Shown: positions 1-9,100 of the stretch, one piece after another | How the letters are laid out: each line of letters starts with the position of its first letter | How positions within the stretch are numbered: the first letter of the stretch is position 1 | Origin: Candidatus Endomicrobiellum devescovinae | GTDB lineage: Bacteria; Elusimicrobiota; Endomicrobiia; Endomicrobiales; Endomicrobiaceae | Assembly (NCBI GenBank): GCA_031255495.1 | Contig: JAIRSK010000020.1 | Span: 9,367 to 73,366, forward strand | Direction: 5' to 3' | DNA length: 64,000 nucleotides | Program-made: the position numbers and the translations under genes | The notes under the pieces: generated by a model | The model's input: only the letters and a program-made list of their open reading frames with translations | What the model was told of the DNA's origin: nothing | Database searches by the model: none

Positions 1-944
1 CGACCATCTGTACGGACTCTTTTGTTTAAAACAAGTTCTCTAGCTTTCTTGTAAAAAATATCTTCTAGTATAGCATCAATAGTTGAAGCTAATTCTTGAG
101 GATACTTCTCAACAAGTCTTGTCGTTATATCTTTCTTAAAGGAAGCCCAGAAGAATTCTCTTTCGCCTTTCTCTTTAATTGTTACGCCTTCTTCGGCTTT
201 GGCTATAGCTTCAGCTTCAATATCAGCCTTTAAAGGCGCATTATATTGAGGCTCATGAACAATAGTCTTTACTTTTGTCGGAAAAGACTTCTGAATCAAA
301 CATATTGCCTTTATTGTCTCTCTTGCAAGGTTCAATGCTTCAAGCATATCCTCTTCGGAAAGCTCTTGTGCTCCTGCTTCAACCATAGTCAAAGCGTCTT
401 CAGTTCCGCTAACAACAAGATCTAAAACACTAAGTTTCTGCTCAGAAATAGTAGGATTTAAAACAAGCTTACCATCAATCTTTCCTACTCTTACAGCCGC
501 TATGGGCATATTAAACGGCAAATCCGACACGTATAAAGCTACTGAAGCTCCAATTATTGAAGCTATATCAGATTCATTTTCTCCATCATGAGAAAGCACA
601 ATAGCCGAAATTTGAGTATCGTTTCTCCAATACTCAGGAAACATAGGTCTAATACTTCTATCTATAAGTCTGCTTACAAGTATTTCGCTTTCTCTTGGTT
701 TAGCTTCCCTTTTAAAAAACCCGCCCGGTATTTTGCCGGCGGCATAAGTTCTTTCTCTGTAATCTACAGTTAAAGGCATAAAATCCACGCCCGGTTTTGG
801 ATCTTTTGAAGCCACCGCAGCAACTAAAACCATTGTGTCTCCGACTCTTACAGTACAAGATCCACTTGACTGCTTTGCAACTTTTCCGGATTCAACAATA
901 AATTTTTTACCGGCAACTTCCACTTCTTTCTTAAAATATTCCAT
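1..944 (-). CDS. pnp: polynucleotide phosphorylase, N-terminal part (gene runs off the left window edge)
   Basis: Absent from the ORF track because it is open at the edge. Reverse translation from ATG at 944 gives MEYFKKEVEVAGKKFIVESGKVAKQSSGSCTVRVGDTMVLVAAV...DFMPLTVDYRERTYAAGKIPGGFFKREAKPRE, a PNPase RNase-PH-type N-terminus. Classic rpsO-pnp synteny. Track ORFs 588..773 and 835..1026 (+) are its shadows. Confidence 0.85.
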   Translation of the reverse strand, partial: MEYFKKEVEVAGKKFIVESGKVAKQSSGSCTVRVGDTMVLVAAVASKDPKPGVDFMPLTVDYRERTYAAGKIPGGFFKREAKPRESEILVSRLIDRSIRPMFPEYWRNDTQISAIVLSHDGENESDIASIIGASVALYVSDLPFNMPIAAVRVGKIDGKLVLNPTISEQKLSVLDLVVSGTEDALTMVEAGAQELSEEDMLEALNLARETIKAICLIQKSFPTKVKTIVHEPQYNAPLKADIEAEAIAKAEEGVTIKEKGEREFFWASFKKDITTRLVEKYPQELASTIDAILEDIFYKKARELVLNKRVRTDG

Positions 945-981
945 TTTAACTCCATACCCGGCAACTTCTACACAAAAGATC

Positions 982-1014
982 CAAGCAAACGCTTATATTT
1001 CAAGCGTCTCCTTG
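982..1014 (-). terminator. rpsO-pnp intergenic stem-loop (rpsO terminator/attenuator, pnp leader)
   Basis: Imperfect inverted repeat CAAGCAAACGCTT / AAGCGTCTCCTTG around a 7-nt loop, between the rpsO stop and the pnp start. Confidence 0.35.
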
Positions 1015-1046
1015 CATCCTTTGTGAGCTTATGCCAAGTCTTTTAT

Positions 1047-1307
1047 TTACTTTCTAAGATCTAATTTTTTTATCAAGGTAGAATAGCTCTCCTTGTTGTG
1101 CTTCTTCAAATAATCCAGCAGTCTTCTTCTCTGACCTATCATCTTAAGAAACCCTACTCTTGAAGCAAAATCTTTAGGGAATTTCTGAAAATGATCTGAA
1201 AGATACTTTATTCTTGTGGTAAGAAGGGCGACCTGCACTTCAGGAGAACCTGTATCTGTTTCGTGAGTCTTGAATTTTTCAACTACTTCTTTCTTAGCAA
1301 ATGCCAT
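1047..1307 (-). CDS. rpsO: 30S ribosomal protein S15
   Basis: 86 aa; TGSPEVQVALLTTRIKYLSDHF...RRRLLDYL is the S15 signature; located upstream of pnp. Confidence 0.95.
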   Translation of the reverse strand: MAFAKKEVVEKFKTHETDTGSPEVQVALLTTRIKYLSDHFQKFPKDFASRVGFLKMIGQRRRLLDYLKKHNKESYSTLIKKLDLRK

Positions 1308-1436
1308 CTTTATTACTCCTTACTTTTCATTGCTTTTTAAGCGCATATTACTACAAGTTTAATTGTAACAAAATTTTTATTTCCTGTCCAATTTTTGTAG
1401 TATCTCGTAAAATAACAAAGTTTTTCATGGAGATTT

Positions 1437-3104
1437 ATGTTTTTACCTACTACTAAAGAAGAGATGCAAAAACTCGGATGGGACACGCCCGATATAATCT
1501 TAATTTCAGGTGACACTTATATTGACAGCCCTTTCATAGGAACGGCAGTAATAGGAAATTGGCTTTACACGCATGGCTTTAAAGTAGCCGTAATAGCACA
1601 ACCTGACGTTAAAACTGACGAAATCGCAAGACTTGGAGAGCCGAAGCTCTTTTGGGGTGTAAATGCTGGAGCAATGGACTCACTTGTTGCAAATTATACT
1701 GCCCTTAATAAAGTTAGAAATAACGATGATTTAACACCAGGAGGCATAAATAACAAGCGTCCCGATAGAGCGTGCATGGTTTATACAAATCTTATAAGAA
1801 GGTACTTTAAAAATACAAAACCTATAGTTCTTGGCGGACTTGAAGCAAGTTTACGAAGAATAACACATTATGACTACAGCGATAACGGTTTAAGACGTTC
1901 AATATTATTTGACGCAAAAGCTAACATTATAGTTTACGGAATGGGCGAAAGAGCCTCTTTGGAGCTTGCAAAACACATGAAAGAAGGAAAAGATTGGAAA
2001 GATATTAGAGGCATCTGCTATATTTCAAAAGAAAAACCTGAAAATGTTGATGAAATTTCATCTTTTGAAGAGTGTAAAGAAGACAAAGGCAAATTTTTTG
2101 AAGCTTTTAAAGTTTTCTACGAAAATGCGTGCAACCAAAACAGTAAAATTTTAGTTCAAAAACATGCAGATAGATACCTTATACATAACCCAAGACAAGA
2201 GGCTCTTTCACCGCAAGAGCTTGATAAAGTGTACGACATTGATTACACAAGAGAAGTACACCCATATTATGAAAAGTTTGGCAAAGTAAAAGCTCAAGAG
2301 ACAATAAAGTTTTCTATCACAACGCATAGAGGGTGTTTTGGAGAGTGCAATTTTTGCTCTATAGCCGTTCATCAAGGAAAAGAAGTAATTTCAAGAAGCG
2401 AAGAATCAATAATTAAAGAAGCAAAAAGAATTACACAATTAAAAGATTTCAAAGGATATATTACAGATTTAGGCGGACCTACGGCAAACATGTTTGAAAC
2501 AAAATGTTCCATCAATAAAAATGCAGGAAAATGCGAATATAAACGCTGTTTATTTCCAAAACCGTGCAAAAATCTTGTATTCGGACATGAATCTCAAATT
2601 AAACTTTTAGAAAAAGTAATGTCATTGCCAAACGTTAAAAAAGTGTTTATTTCGTCAGGTTTAAGATACGATATGATTTGCTCAGATAAAAATTATGGAC
2701 AAAAATATCTTGATAGTATAGTTGAAAATAATACGTCGGGACAAATGAAAATAGCTCCTGAACATTGTGATGATAAAGTATTAAATTTGATGGGAAAGCC
2801 CGAGTCAAAAGTTCTGACGCAATTTATAGAAATGTTTAAGAAAAGCGCTAAAAACAAACAATTTCTGACTTATTATTTTATAGCTGCATACCCCGACTGC
2901 GGTGATAAAGAAATGAGAAATTTACAGAATTTTATAGGAAGGAAATTAAAAATCCACCCTGAACAAGTGCAAATATTTACACCAACGCCCTCTACAAATG
3001 CGACGTTAATGTATTATTGTGGAAAAGATTTATTAGGAAATAAAATTTTTGTAGAAAAAGACAGAAATAATAAACAAAAGCAAAAAAGAATAATTTGCAG
3101 ATAA
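1437..3104 (+). CDS. ygiQ: YgiQ-family (UPF0313) radical SAM protein
   Basis: 555 aa; N-terminus MFLPTTKEEMQKLGWD..DIILISGDTYIDSPF is typical of YgiQ; radical SAM cluster motif CFGECNFCSI. Confidence 0.8.
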   Translation: MFLPTTKEEMQKLGWDTPDIILISGDTYIDSPFIGTAVIGNWLYTHGFKVAVIAQPDVKTDEIARLGEPKLFWGVNAGAMDSLVANYTALNKVRNNDDLTPGGINNKRPDRACMVYTNLIRRYFKNTKPIVLGGLEASLRRITHYDYSDNGLRRSILFDAKANIIVYGMGERASLELAKHMKEGKDWKDIRGICYISKEKPENVDEISSFEECKEDKGKFFEAFKVFYENACNQNSKILVQKHADRYLIHNPRQEALSPQELDKVYDIDYTREVHPYYEKFGKVKAQETIKFSITTHRGCFGECNFCSIAVHQGKEVISRSEESIIKEAKRITQLKDFKGYITDLGGPTANMFETKCSINKNAGKCEYKRCLFPKPCKNLVFGHESQIKLLEKVMSLPNVKKVFISSGLRYDMICSDKNYGQKYLDSIVENNTSGQMKIAPEHCDDKVLNLMGKPESKVLTQFIEMFKKSAKNKQFLTYYFIAAYPDCGDKEMRNLQNFIGRKLKIHPEQVQIFTPTPSTNATLMYYCGKDLLGNKIFVEKDRNNKQKQKRIICR

Positions 3105-3109
3105 ATTGT

Positions 3110-4078
3110 TTACCAAATAAAGCTCGTAGGGTTTAAAGACTTATCACCTTTCTTTATTGTAAAATGCAAATGCGGTCCGGTTACTCTGCCAGTAGCGCCA
3201 CTTTTGGCTATCATCTGCCCTTTTTTCACTTTTTGCCCTACTTTGACATGTATAGATGACAGATGTCCATAATGCGTAACATATCCGTTTTTATGATCTA
3301 TAAATACCGCTGTGCCGTAGTGTCCTACATTATGGCTGGCAACCGTAACTACTCCATCGGCTGCTGCCCCAACCCAAGAACCCGATGGAGCGGCAATGTC
3401 TAAACCGCCGTGAAAACTTGATTTGCCTGTTACAGGATGTTTCCTCTTACCGAAACCGCTTGAATATCTTCCTTTAAGTGGCGACCTAAACAAAGAGCGA
3501 AGCTCATATTTTGCCTGCATATCTTTATTCATCAAATCTATAGCAGGCTGTTTGCCGGGTATAAAAACATATTCACCCGGAACAAGCGTTAAAATACCAA
3601 AATTTACATCTTGCAGCATTTTTTCATCAACATCATATCTTTCAGCGATCTTGTGCCAAGTATCGTTGTCTTGTATCGGATGCAAAGAGCCACCTGATGA
3701 CGGCAATAAAATTTTCTGATTAAGATTTACATTGTAAGTCTTTAATTGAGGATTTGTTCCTATTATGCTATGCACTGTGTAGCCATATCTCTTAGCAATC
3801 TGCCACAAATTATCTTTCGGCTTTATGGAATATACAAAAAAATGCGTATCTTTAACACGCAAAGCAAGATATTTTGCTCTTGCTTCAACATCATTAAGAA
3901 GAACATCGTGTGTATAAGAAGGCATAGAAACTGCTGGGACAGAAGATAGAATAGCTGAAGCTTTTTTAGTAACTATAAATTGAGAAAAAACACAACAGGA
4001 AAGAATTAAAACTATAAAAACAGTCCATCTAATAATAATGTTCTTTATATTCTCAAACGCCATATTATATACTCCCAC
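3110..4078 (-). CDS. LysM-domain M23 family metallopeptidase (murein endopeptidase-like)
   Basis: 322 aa; N-terminal membrane anchor; two LysM-like segments (DNLWQIAKRYGYTV, DTWHKIAERYDVD); M23 motifs HGGLDIAAP and HYGHLSSIHVKVGQKVKKGQMIAKSGATGRVTGPHLHF. Confidence 0.85.
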   Translation of the reverse strand: MGVYNMAFENIKNIIIRWTVFIVLILSCCVFSQFIVTKKASAILSSVPAVSMPSYTHDVLLNDVEARAKYLALRVKDTHFFVYSIKPKDNLWQIAKRYGYTVHSIIGTNPQLKTYNVNLNQKILLPSSGGSLHPIQDNDTWHKIAERYDVDEKMLQDVNFGILTLVPGEYVFIPGKQPAIDLMNKDMQAKYELRSLFRSPLKGRYSSGFGKRKHPVTGKSSFHGGLDIAAPSGSWVGAAADGVVTVASHNVGHYGTAVFIDHKNGYVTHYGHLSSIHVKVGQKVKKGQMIAKSGATGRVTGPHLHFTIKKGDKSLNPTSFIW

Positions 4079-4256
4079 TGCAATTTAATTCTATGAAAAT
4101 ATTATAATAAATTTGCATATCAAAAGATAGAATAGAGTTGAATGATCCTACCTTTACAATTCCAGAGCTTCTTTGGCAAATTATGGATTTTAGGTTAAGT
4201 TAGGGTTATGCACGTTAAAATAACCAATTTCTACAGGTTTTGCTTACAAATAATAA

Positions 4257-4293
4257 GTTAGGGGTTGTCCCTCCAAATTTGATTTGGTAGAAT
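4257..4293 (+). repeat. CRISPR repeat R1 (cas-distal), carries a complete promoter-like motif
   Basis: GTTAGGGGTTGTCCCTCCAAATTTGATTTGGTAGAAT. Contains TTGTCC (4265-4270), a 17-nt spacer, then TGG-TAGAAT (4285-4293, extended -10-like). Internal hairpin CCAAAT-TTG-ATTTGG. Confidence 0.65.
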
Positions 4294-4362
4294 TGAAAAG
4301 AAGACCTAGATGATAAAATACATGGGGACATTTTGTCCTTAAATAAAAATAAGGAGCTTAAC

Positions 4363-4491
4363 ATGAAAAAATTTTTTGTATTAAGTTTTTGTTTCGTATT
4401 ATTCTTACCTTTTTTATTTAAATTTCTTTCAGGTGATGGTAGGTGCGGTTCATGGTGTGTTGATACTGGAAACACCTGTATTTGTAATTAG
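4363..4491 (+). CDS. 42-aa signal-peptide-bearing Cys-rich peptide (bacteriocin-like or small membrane toxin-like)
   Basis: Too short for the ORF track. AAGGAG (4352-4357) sits 5 nt before the ATG. Sequence MKKFFVLSFCFVLFLPFLFKFLSGDGRCGSWCVDTGNTCICN has a K-rich n-region, a hydrophobic core, and a C-terminal 18 aa with 4 Cys. Confidence 0.5.
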   Translation: MKKFFVLSFCFVLFLPFLFKFLSGDGRCGSWCVDTGNTCICN

Positions 4492-4493
4492 CC

Positions 4494-4682
4494 ATGGTTA
4501 TTGACGATACTTTACCTATAACTATTCGGAGCGCAATAGCGTCGGGCATTGTTACAACGGCAATATTGTGGGTAGGAACAAAATGGAACGAATTTTGGCT
4601 ATGGATTATATACATTATAGTATTAGCACAAATCTTTACAATATTATATTTTGGATACATTGTTATAAAAGGAACTATATGA
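4494..4682 (+). CDS. 62-aa two-TM membrane protein (possible immunity or partner protein)
   Basis: ATG lies 2 nt after the stop of the preceding peptide gene, suggesting coupling. Two hydrophobic helices (AIASGIVTTAILWVG, FWLWIIYIIVLAQIFTILYFGYIV). No family recognised. Confidence 0.45.
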   Translation: MVIDDTLPITIRSAIASGIVTTAILWVGTKWNEFWLWIIYIIVLAQIFTILYFGYIVIKGTI

Positions 4683-4718
4683 GTTAGGGCGGTATCGCCT
4701 ATACACATGTGGCTGTGT

Positions 4719-4754
4719 GTTAGGGTTGCCCCCCCAGATTTGATTTGGTAGAAT
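4719..4754 (+). repeat. CRISPR repeat R2 (cas-proximal)
   Basis: GTTAGGGTTGCCCCCCCAGATTTGATTTGGTAGAAT. Contains TTGCCC (4726-4731), 17 nt, then TGG-TAGAAT (4746-4754). Has a C7 homopolymer at 4729-4735. Confidence 0.65.
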
Positions 4755-4761
4755 ATCAGAT

Positions 4762-4886
4762 ACAGATTGTCGTCTAAGATGTTTAAGAATTTTTTAGAAA
4801 AAATGCCAAATCAGAGGCTAAGATTGAGGGCTTTCTTAAAAATTTTTAAAATTTAAAAGGGGTAACTCTAATAAGAGTTTTTTCGT
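4762..4886 (+). ncRNA. candidate small RNA from the R2 promoter to a weak terminator; weak tracrRNA candidate
   Basis: Predicted start about 7-9 nt after the R2 -10 box. AUGCCAAAUCA (4803-4813) is complementary to the repeat 3' part UGAUUUGGUA, and GAGGG (4826-4830) to CCCUC. Hairpin AACTCT-AATA-AGAGTT (4864-4879) is followed by a T-run. The repeat 5' third stays unpaired, so the assignment is weak. Confidence 0.3.
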
Positions 4887-4920
4887 AAGATGCTGGTTTT
4901 TACCAGTTCAAAGAAGTTTT

Positions 4921-5247
4921 TTAAAGAAGCGCGTCAAAAAAATCTGGTTGTTTAGGCTCGACTTTTAGTCTGCCATATAAATGCTTTGTCATCTTAAACA
5001 TTCTGTCTGTAAAGAACAAAAGACATATGTGTCCGTTGTCAGGTACGATTTGCTTAATTTGTTTTTCAATAAAATCGCATCTTTCCTTGCTAAAAGCATA
5101 ATAACTATAGACAGATTTTTGCAACATGATAAATCCTGCATTTTTTAATCTTTGTCTAAAGTTGTTAGCAATTCGCATTTGAGTTTTTGTTTTTACAGGC
5201 AAATCAAAAGCAACCAAAATCCACATTGTTTTATATTGAGAAATCAT
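4921..5247 (-). CDS. cas2: CRISPR-associated endoribonuclease Cas2
   Basis: 108 aa; MWILVAFDLPVKTK...QKSVY Cas2 beta-strand motifs; start overlaps the cas1 stop by 4 nt. Confidence 0.9.
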   Translation of the reverse strand: MISQYKTMWILVAFDLPVKTKTQMRIANNFRQRLKNAGFIMLQKSVYSYYAFSKERCDFIEKQIKQIVPDNGHICLLFFTDRMFKMTKHLYGRLKVEPKQPDFFDALL

Positions 5248-6137
5248 CTAAAAATTTTTGGCAAATTTATTTTTTCTTCTTGAATTAGAAAATAGACATA
5301 TGATTGAACATATCTTTGAATTCCTGCTGTAAAATTGAACGCTCCATCTTCAAAATATAAATTACTTTCTATTACGCTTGCTATATATTTTTTTGTCTGA
5401 GGCGTTAAGTCTTTTTCTTGTTTAAAAGGTTCAAGTTTGCTTTTTACCATAAAATCTATAATTGGACGAAACGGTTCCATTAAATCGTCAATTAAACAAA
5501 ATGGGTTGTGGTTTTTGCTGTGAAAAATACCAATAGCAGGATTAAGTCCGGCTGAAACAACCGCTCTTGCCATGCTGCTTCTAACTATCGCATAGCCGTA
5601 ATTTAACGCTGAATTTATAAAATCTCGCCCATTGGAACTTCTATAAAAATTAAAAAATAAATTTTCAAAATAGATCTTTGCGCCGATGCCTTCCTTAAAA
5701 GACGCATCGCCAGAACGAACCTGTTTTGCCATAGCAAAAATTGTTTCAGCCGCTTTATCTATGCCAAAAATTTTTAATACTTCGGCTTGATTATTTAATT
5801 TGCTTGTAATTATTTGTTGCCACGCTTGTTTTATTTTAGGTTTAGATGAATTTATTTGCAGTTGTAATCTTTGCCCGTAAATATTTGTAGTCCAAAACGA
5901 TAATAACATTCCAGCAGGCATATAAGTCTTATCGCAGAAAATAATAGGAACTTTATGTTCTAAACATTTTTGTATGCAAGAATTGGTAATCGTAATATTG
6001 TTTCCGTAAAGTATAATTGTATTTATATCGTCAAATAAACAATGCAATTTTTCTTGATTGTCTTTTACAGCGGAAAAATTATTGTTTTTAACGCATAAAT
6101 GATAACCATCTCCGCTAATGTCCAAAATTTTCCACAT
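5244..6137 (-). CDS. cas1: CRISPR-associated endonuclease Cas1 (type II)
   Basis: 297 aa; follows cas9 by 1 nt. Cas1 C-terminal catalytic region NSALNYGYAIVRSSMARAVVSAGLNPAIGIFH...NPFCLIDDLMEPFRP. Confidence 0.93.
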   Translation of the reverse strand: MWKILDISGDGYHLCVKNNNFSAVKDNQEKLHCLFDDINTIILYGNNITITNSCIQKCLEHKVPIIFCDKTYMPAGMLLSFWTTNIYGQRLQLQINSSKPKIKQAWQQIITSKLNNQAEVLKIFGIDKAAETIFAMAKQVRSGDASFKEGIGAKIYFENLFFNFYRSSNGRDFINSALNYGYAIVRSSMARAVVSAGLNPAIGIFHSKNHNPFCLIDDLMEPFRPIIDFMVKSKLEPFKQEKDLTPQTKKYIASVIESNLYFEDGAFNFTAGIQRYVQSYVYFLIQEEKINLPKIFR

Positions 6138-6138
6138 T

Positions 6139-9100
6139 TTATTTGCCTTTATTTTTTAGTATTGGCGAATAGTATTTTATAAGTCCGCAAGGGCTTAAAA
6201 TAACTTTTCTAGGATTATATTTTTGCATTGAATTTAGATTAAACGAATCATATGGCTTATATGAACTTTTTATTATATTGCTAAACCAAAGTTGAATATT
6301 ATCATTTTCAACTTCAGTGAAAGTATTAACTCTAATAAAAGTTCCATCTGGAAGAGCAGAACCACATCTATTTTTTAAAGATACTTTATCATTTATAGTA
6401 TAATCTAGTTCTAAAATATCTCCTCCATAAATTCTTTCAAACAATTTAAATTCTTGCTCTTTATATTTAGGCTTAATTTTTTTCTGAGCACCAATTTTTC
6501 TTATAATTTCTCCGCAAAGTTTGTTTTTATTGTAATACAAATCTATGCATAAACTATCGCCAGTATCATATCCGTATCCATATTGTTTCTCTTTTGGTTT
6601 GGAAATAGCAAAAAATTTGCTTGGTTCCTTTTTAGAAAGTTGCACATAAAACTTATTCGGCAACAAAGAAATGGCTTTTTTATATATGTTGGCATCGTCC
6701 ACTTTACATTCTTTCTTCCTTTCGGTTTTCGCTTTTTTATTTTCTTCTTCAATCAATTCTTTAGCTTCTTTAAGATTTCTTTGTATATCTTCAAATAGTT
6801 TTTTATTATTAACAACTTCTTTTTTTATTTTCTCATTTTTTAATTCGTTTTGTTTTCTTTCAAATTTTAAAAGAGCAGTTTCTAAAATTTCTTTTGGAGT
6901 TTTTTTCTTATCTATTAATTTTATTTCGCTTAACGATTTGCGGGCAGTTAAAATATACTCATCACTTGAATTATAAACTTTATACATTGTTGCTTTTAGA
7001 AGTTCGCCGTTATTATTATGATCGTGCTTAATGCTGATAAAAGAGTCTTTTAATGCTTGGTTTATAGAATTTTTAAAAGATTCTAATTCTAAATTATTTG
7101 GAGGAATTAAAATTTTAGAAAGCCAATTTTTATCTCTATAATTTATTTTATATCCTTGTCCGGCTAGCTTATTTAATAAATTGCCGTAACCTCTTGAAGC
7201 AAATGCTATAACTATAGCGTCTAACGCATGGTGTCTGTTATCTAATCTAATTTTTTTGTTTTTATTAACATCATCTTGAAACTTTTCTAATTCCTTATCA
7301 GATAGCAATTTTTCTGCAAAAGGGATTAGTAATCCTGATAATCCCCACGCTAAGCGCAGTTGAGCCGTCAAAGAGCCTTTAACACAAATTATATTTGGCT
7401 TCTCAAATAAGCATGAGAGATGTTTATGTGCGATTTTAGAGATATAAGAATTGTCTGTTTCAAATCTCTTTTTCATAGGCTTGTTTTCTATAAATTTTTC
7501 AAAAACTCCTTGATAAAAGCGCCAAGCTTTTTTAGGAAGATTCTTTTTAGCATTTGCAAGTATTTCGTTATAATTGTATTTAATATCCCCAAATTTTGGC
7601 GATGATCCGAAAGCGTTAAAAGGCGACTGCTTGCCTTTATTTTCATTACAGCTTGTATGCGAAATAACACGATTGTTCCTTGTATTATCTTCACTTTCAG
7701 AAATAGGAAATAAATGCTCTATATCAACTTTATTATTTATAATATCGTTAGCATTTATTTGCTGTAAACAAAATGGACAGATCTGATTTTGTTCTTCAAA
7801 TAAGTCAAATTTTAAAATATAGTTTTTTGGATTTTCATTTCTTGTTTTTATAGTTTGTTGGTGCTTTTCTATATACTCTTTATAAATTCTATTCCTCTCC
7901 GTTTCGTTATGGCTTTGCTCATTACTTAATTGCAACCTATCTTTAGCAGATTTTTTTAATTCTTTTGCAGTTTCCAAACCTATCTCTACAGGTTTCTTAC
8001 CAAAAATTTCTATAATTTCATTAACTAATTTGCGAAGCTCGTTTAGTGTTTGATGGACTACGGGATTTGCAATTCTTCCATAGTTTAATTCGTCTTTATT
8101 TGTATAAGGTGTTTTATATTTTCTTTCAGCAAATTGCTTTGAAAAACCTTTTGCAATTACTGCTTGCGTGCTTTCAGGCAAAACGGTACCATAATAAGGC
8201 AATTTGTCTTTAACAGATTGTTTGTCTTTTGTTAACTTACCTTCGTTTAAAGCTTCTTCTATTGCTTCTGTATAAGATAAACCATCTTTTATTTTCTCTA
8301 AAACTATTTTCATAGCGCTTTTGCCAACTGGCGCATATGAAGATGCTAGCACAAGTTTATCAAAAGCTTCATCTATTTCTTTGTCCGATAATTTGTATTC
8401 CTTTTTGAGTTTATCTTTCAAACTTTTTTCATCTGGACAAGAATTCCAATCGTATAAAAAGTGATCTTGTTGCTGTCCAGAAAATCTTTCCCAAAATGGC
8501 ATATCTTCCAGCACGCGTAATTTATAACCTTTTATTTTTTGTGTCTTTTTATCTCTTCCCTGTAGAGCAATATCTTGAGAGTCCACATTTTCTAACTCTA
8601 ACAATTTTTGTGTTTGTGATTGCGTTAATTCTTTTCCCGATAAAAGATGTGCAAATAATTTTTCTTTTTGTTCTTTTGAAAACTGTTTTTCTTCATAATT
8701 TGTAATTTCACCTGTGTCTTTATCAACAATAGCCTGCGAATATCTTGCATTATTTAAAGCTTCCCAAAGACGACGTTCTTCATTTAACTTATGGGAGCGA
8801 GGCAAGCGTTTTTCATTTTTAAAATATGGACAACATCTACTTTCAGGTATTAACTTTTCCGTTTCGTAATTTATCGCTTTAACAATTTGCTCAATATAAT
8901 CGTTAGCTAATTCTTTATAATATTGCGCTTGATTATTTAAAATTGATTGCGTTTCTTTAATTGTAAAATCTCTTGCGGGAAAAAATTGATGATTATCTGT
9001 AGCGTTGCTCACTTTTTCTCTTTTATGTTTTTCTTTGTTTTCAAATTTTTCTCTGTAAAGATATTCGCCGTAAGTTCTATAATGCTTCTCTTTCATTATT

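Larger units (their letters stand above)
4257..4754 (+). CRISPR. degenerate two-repeat type II-C CRISPR remnant enclosing a 425-bp coding insert
   Basis: Two direct repeats lie immediately downstream of cas2 and differ by 3 substitutions and 1 indel. The layout resembles C. jejuni and N. meningitidis II-C repeats (GTT..CCC..AAATTT..TGGTAnAAT). Strand is assigned by that analogy. No normal repeat-spacer unit (~30 nt) is present. Confidence 0.6.

Noticed and set aside
588-1026. Track ORFs 588..773 and 835..1026 on the plus strand.
   Set aside because: They are shadow frames opposite the edge-truncated pnp gene, whose translation is unmistakably PNPase.
4199-4235. Possible third, highly degenerate CRISPR repeat starting with GTTAGGGTT 58 nt before R1. 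A similar GTTAGGGC heptamer-led 36-mer sits at 4683-4718, directly abutting R2.
   Set aside because: Only the first 7-9 nt match the repeat, and the rest is near random (about 19/36 for 4683-4718). The spacing (58 nt, 36 nt) does not fit a repeat-spacer register. Kept only as a note; the minus-strand transcript of 4199-4216 would give at most about 11 bp of anti-repeat pairing.
1437-4491. Idea that the Cys-rich 42-aa peptide is a RiPP precursor matured by the nearby YgiQ radical SAM enzyme.
   Set aside because: The peptide N-terminus is a hydrophobic signal/TM segment, not a RiPP leader. YgiQ is a widespread housekeeping-type family. The genes are separated by an oppositely oriented M23 peptidase gene and are not co-transcribed.
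4215-4708. Track ORFs 4215..4475 (86 aa) and 4418..4708 (96 aa) on the minus strand across the repeat-flanked interval.
   Set aside because: They read antisense through R1 and through the plus-strand peptide genes, have no RBS, and give low-complexity products. The plus-strand pair has a strong SD and start/stop coupling.
4199-4725. TTAGGG (telomere-like hexamer) occurring four times around the repeats.
   Set aside because: It is simply the 5' end of the CRISPR repeat and its degenerate echoes. There is no tandem array, so no telomere-like function is implied.
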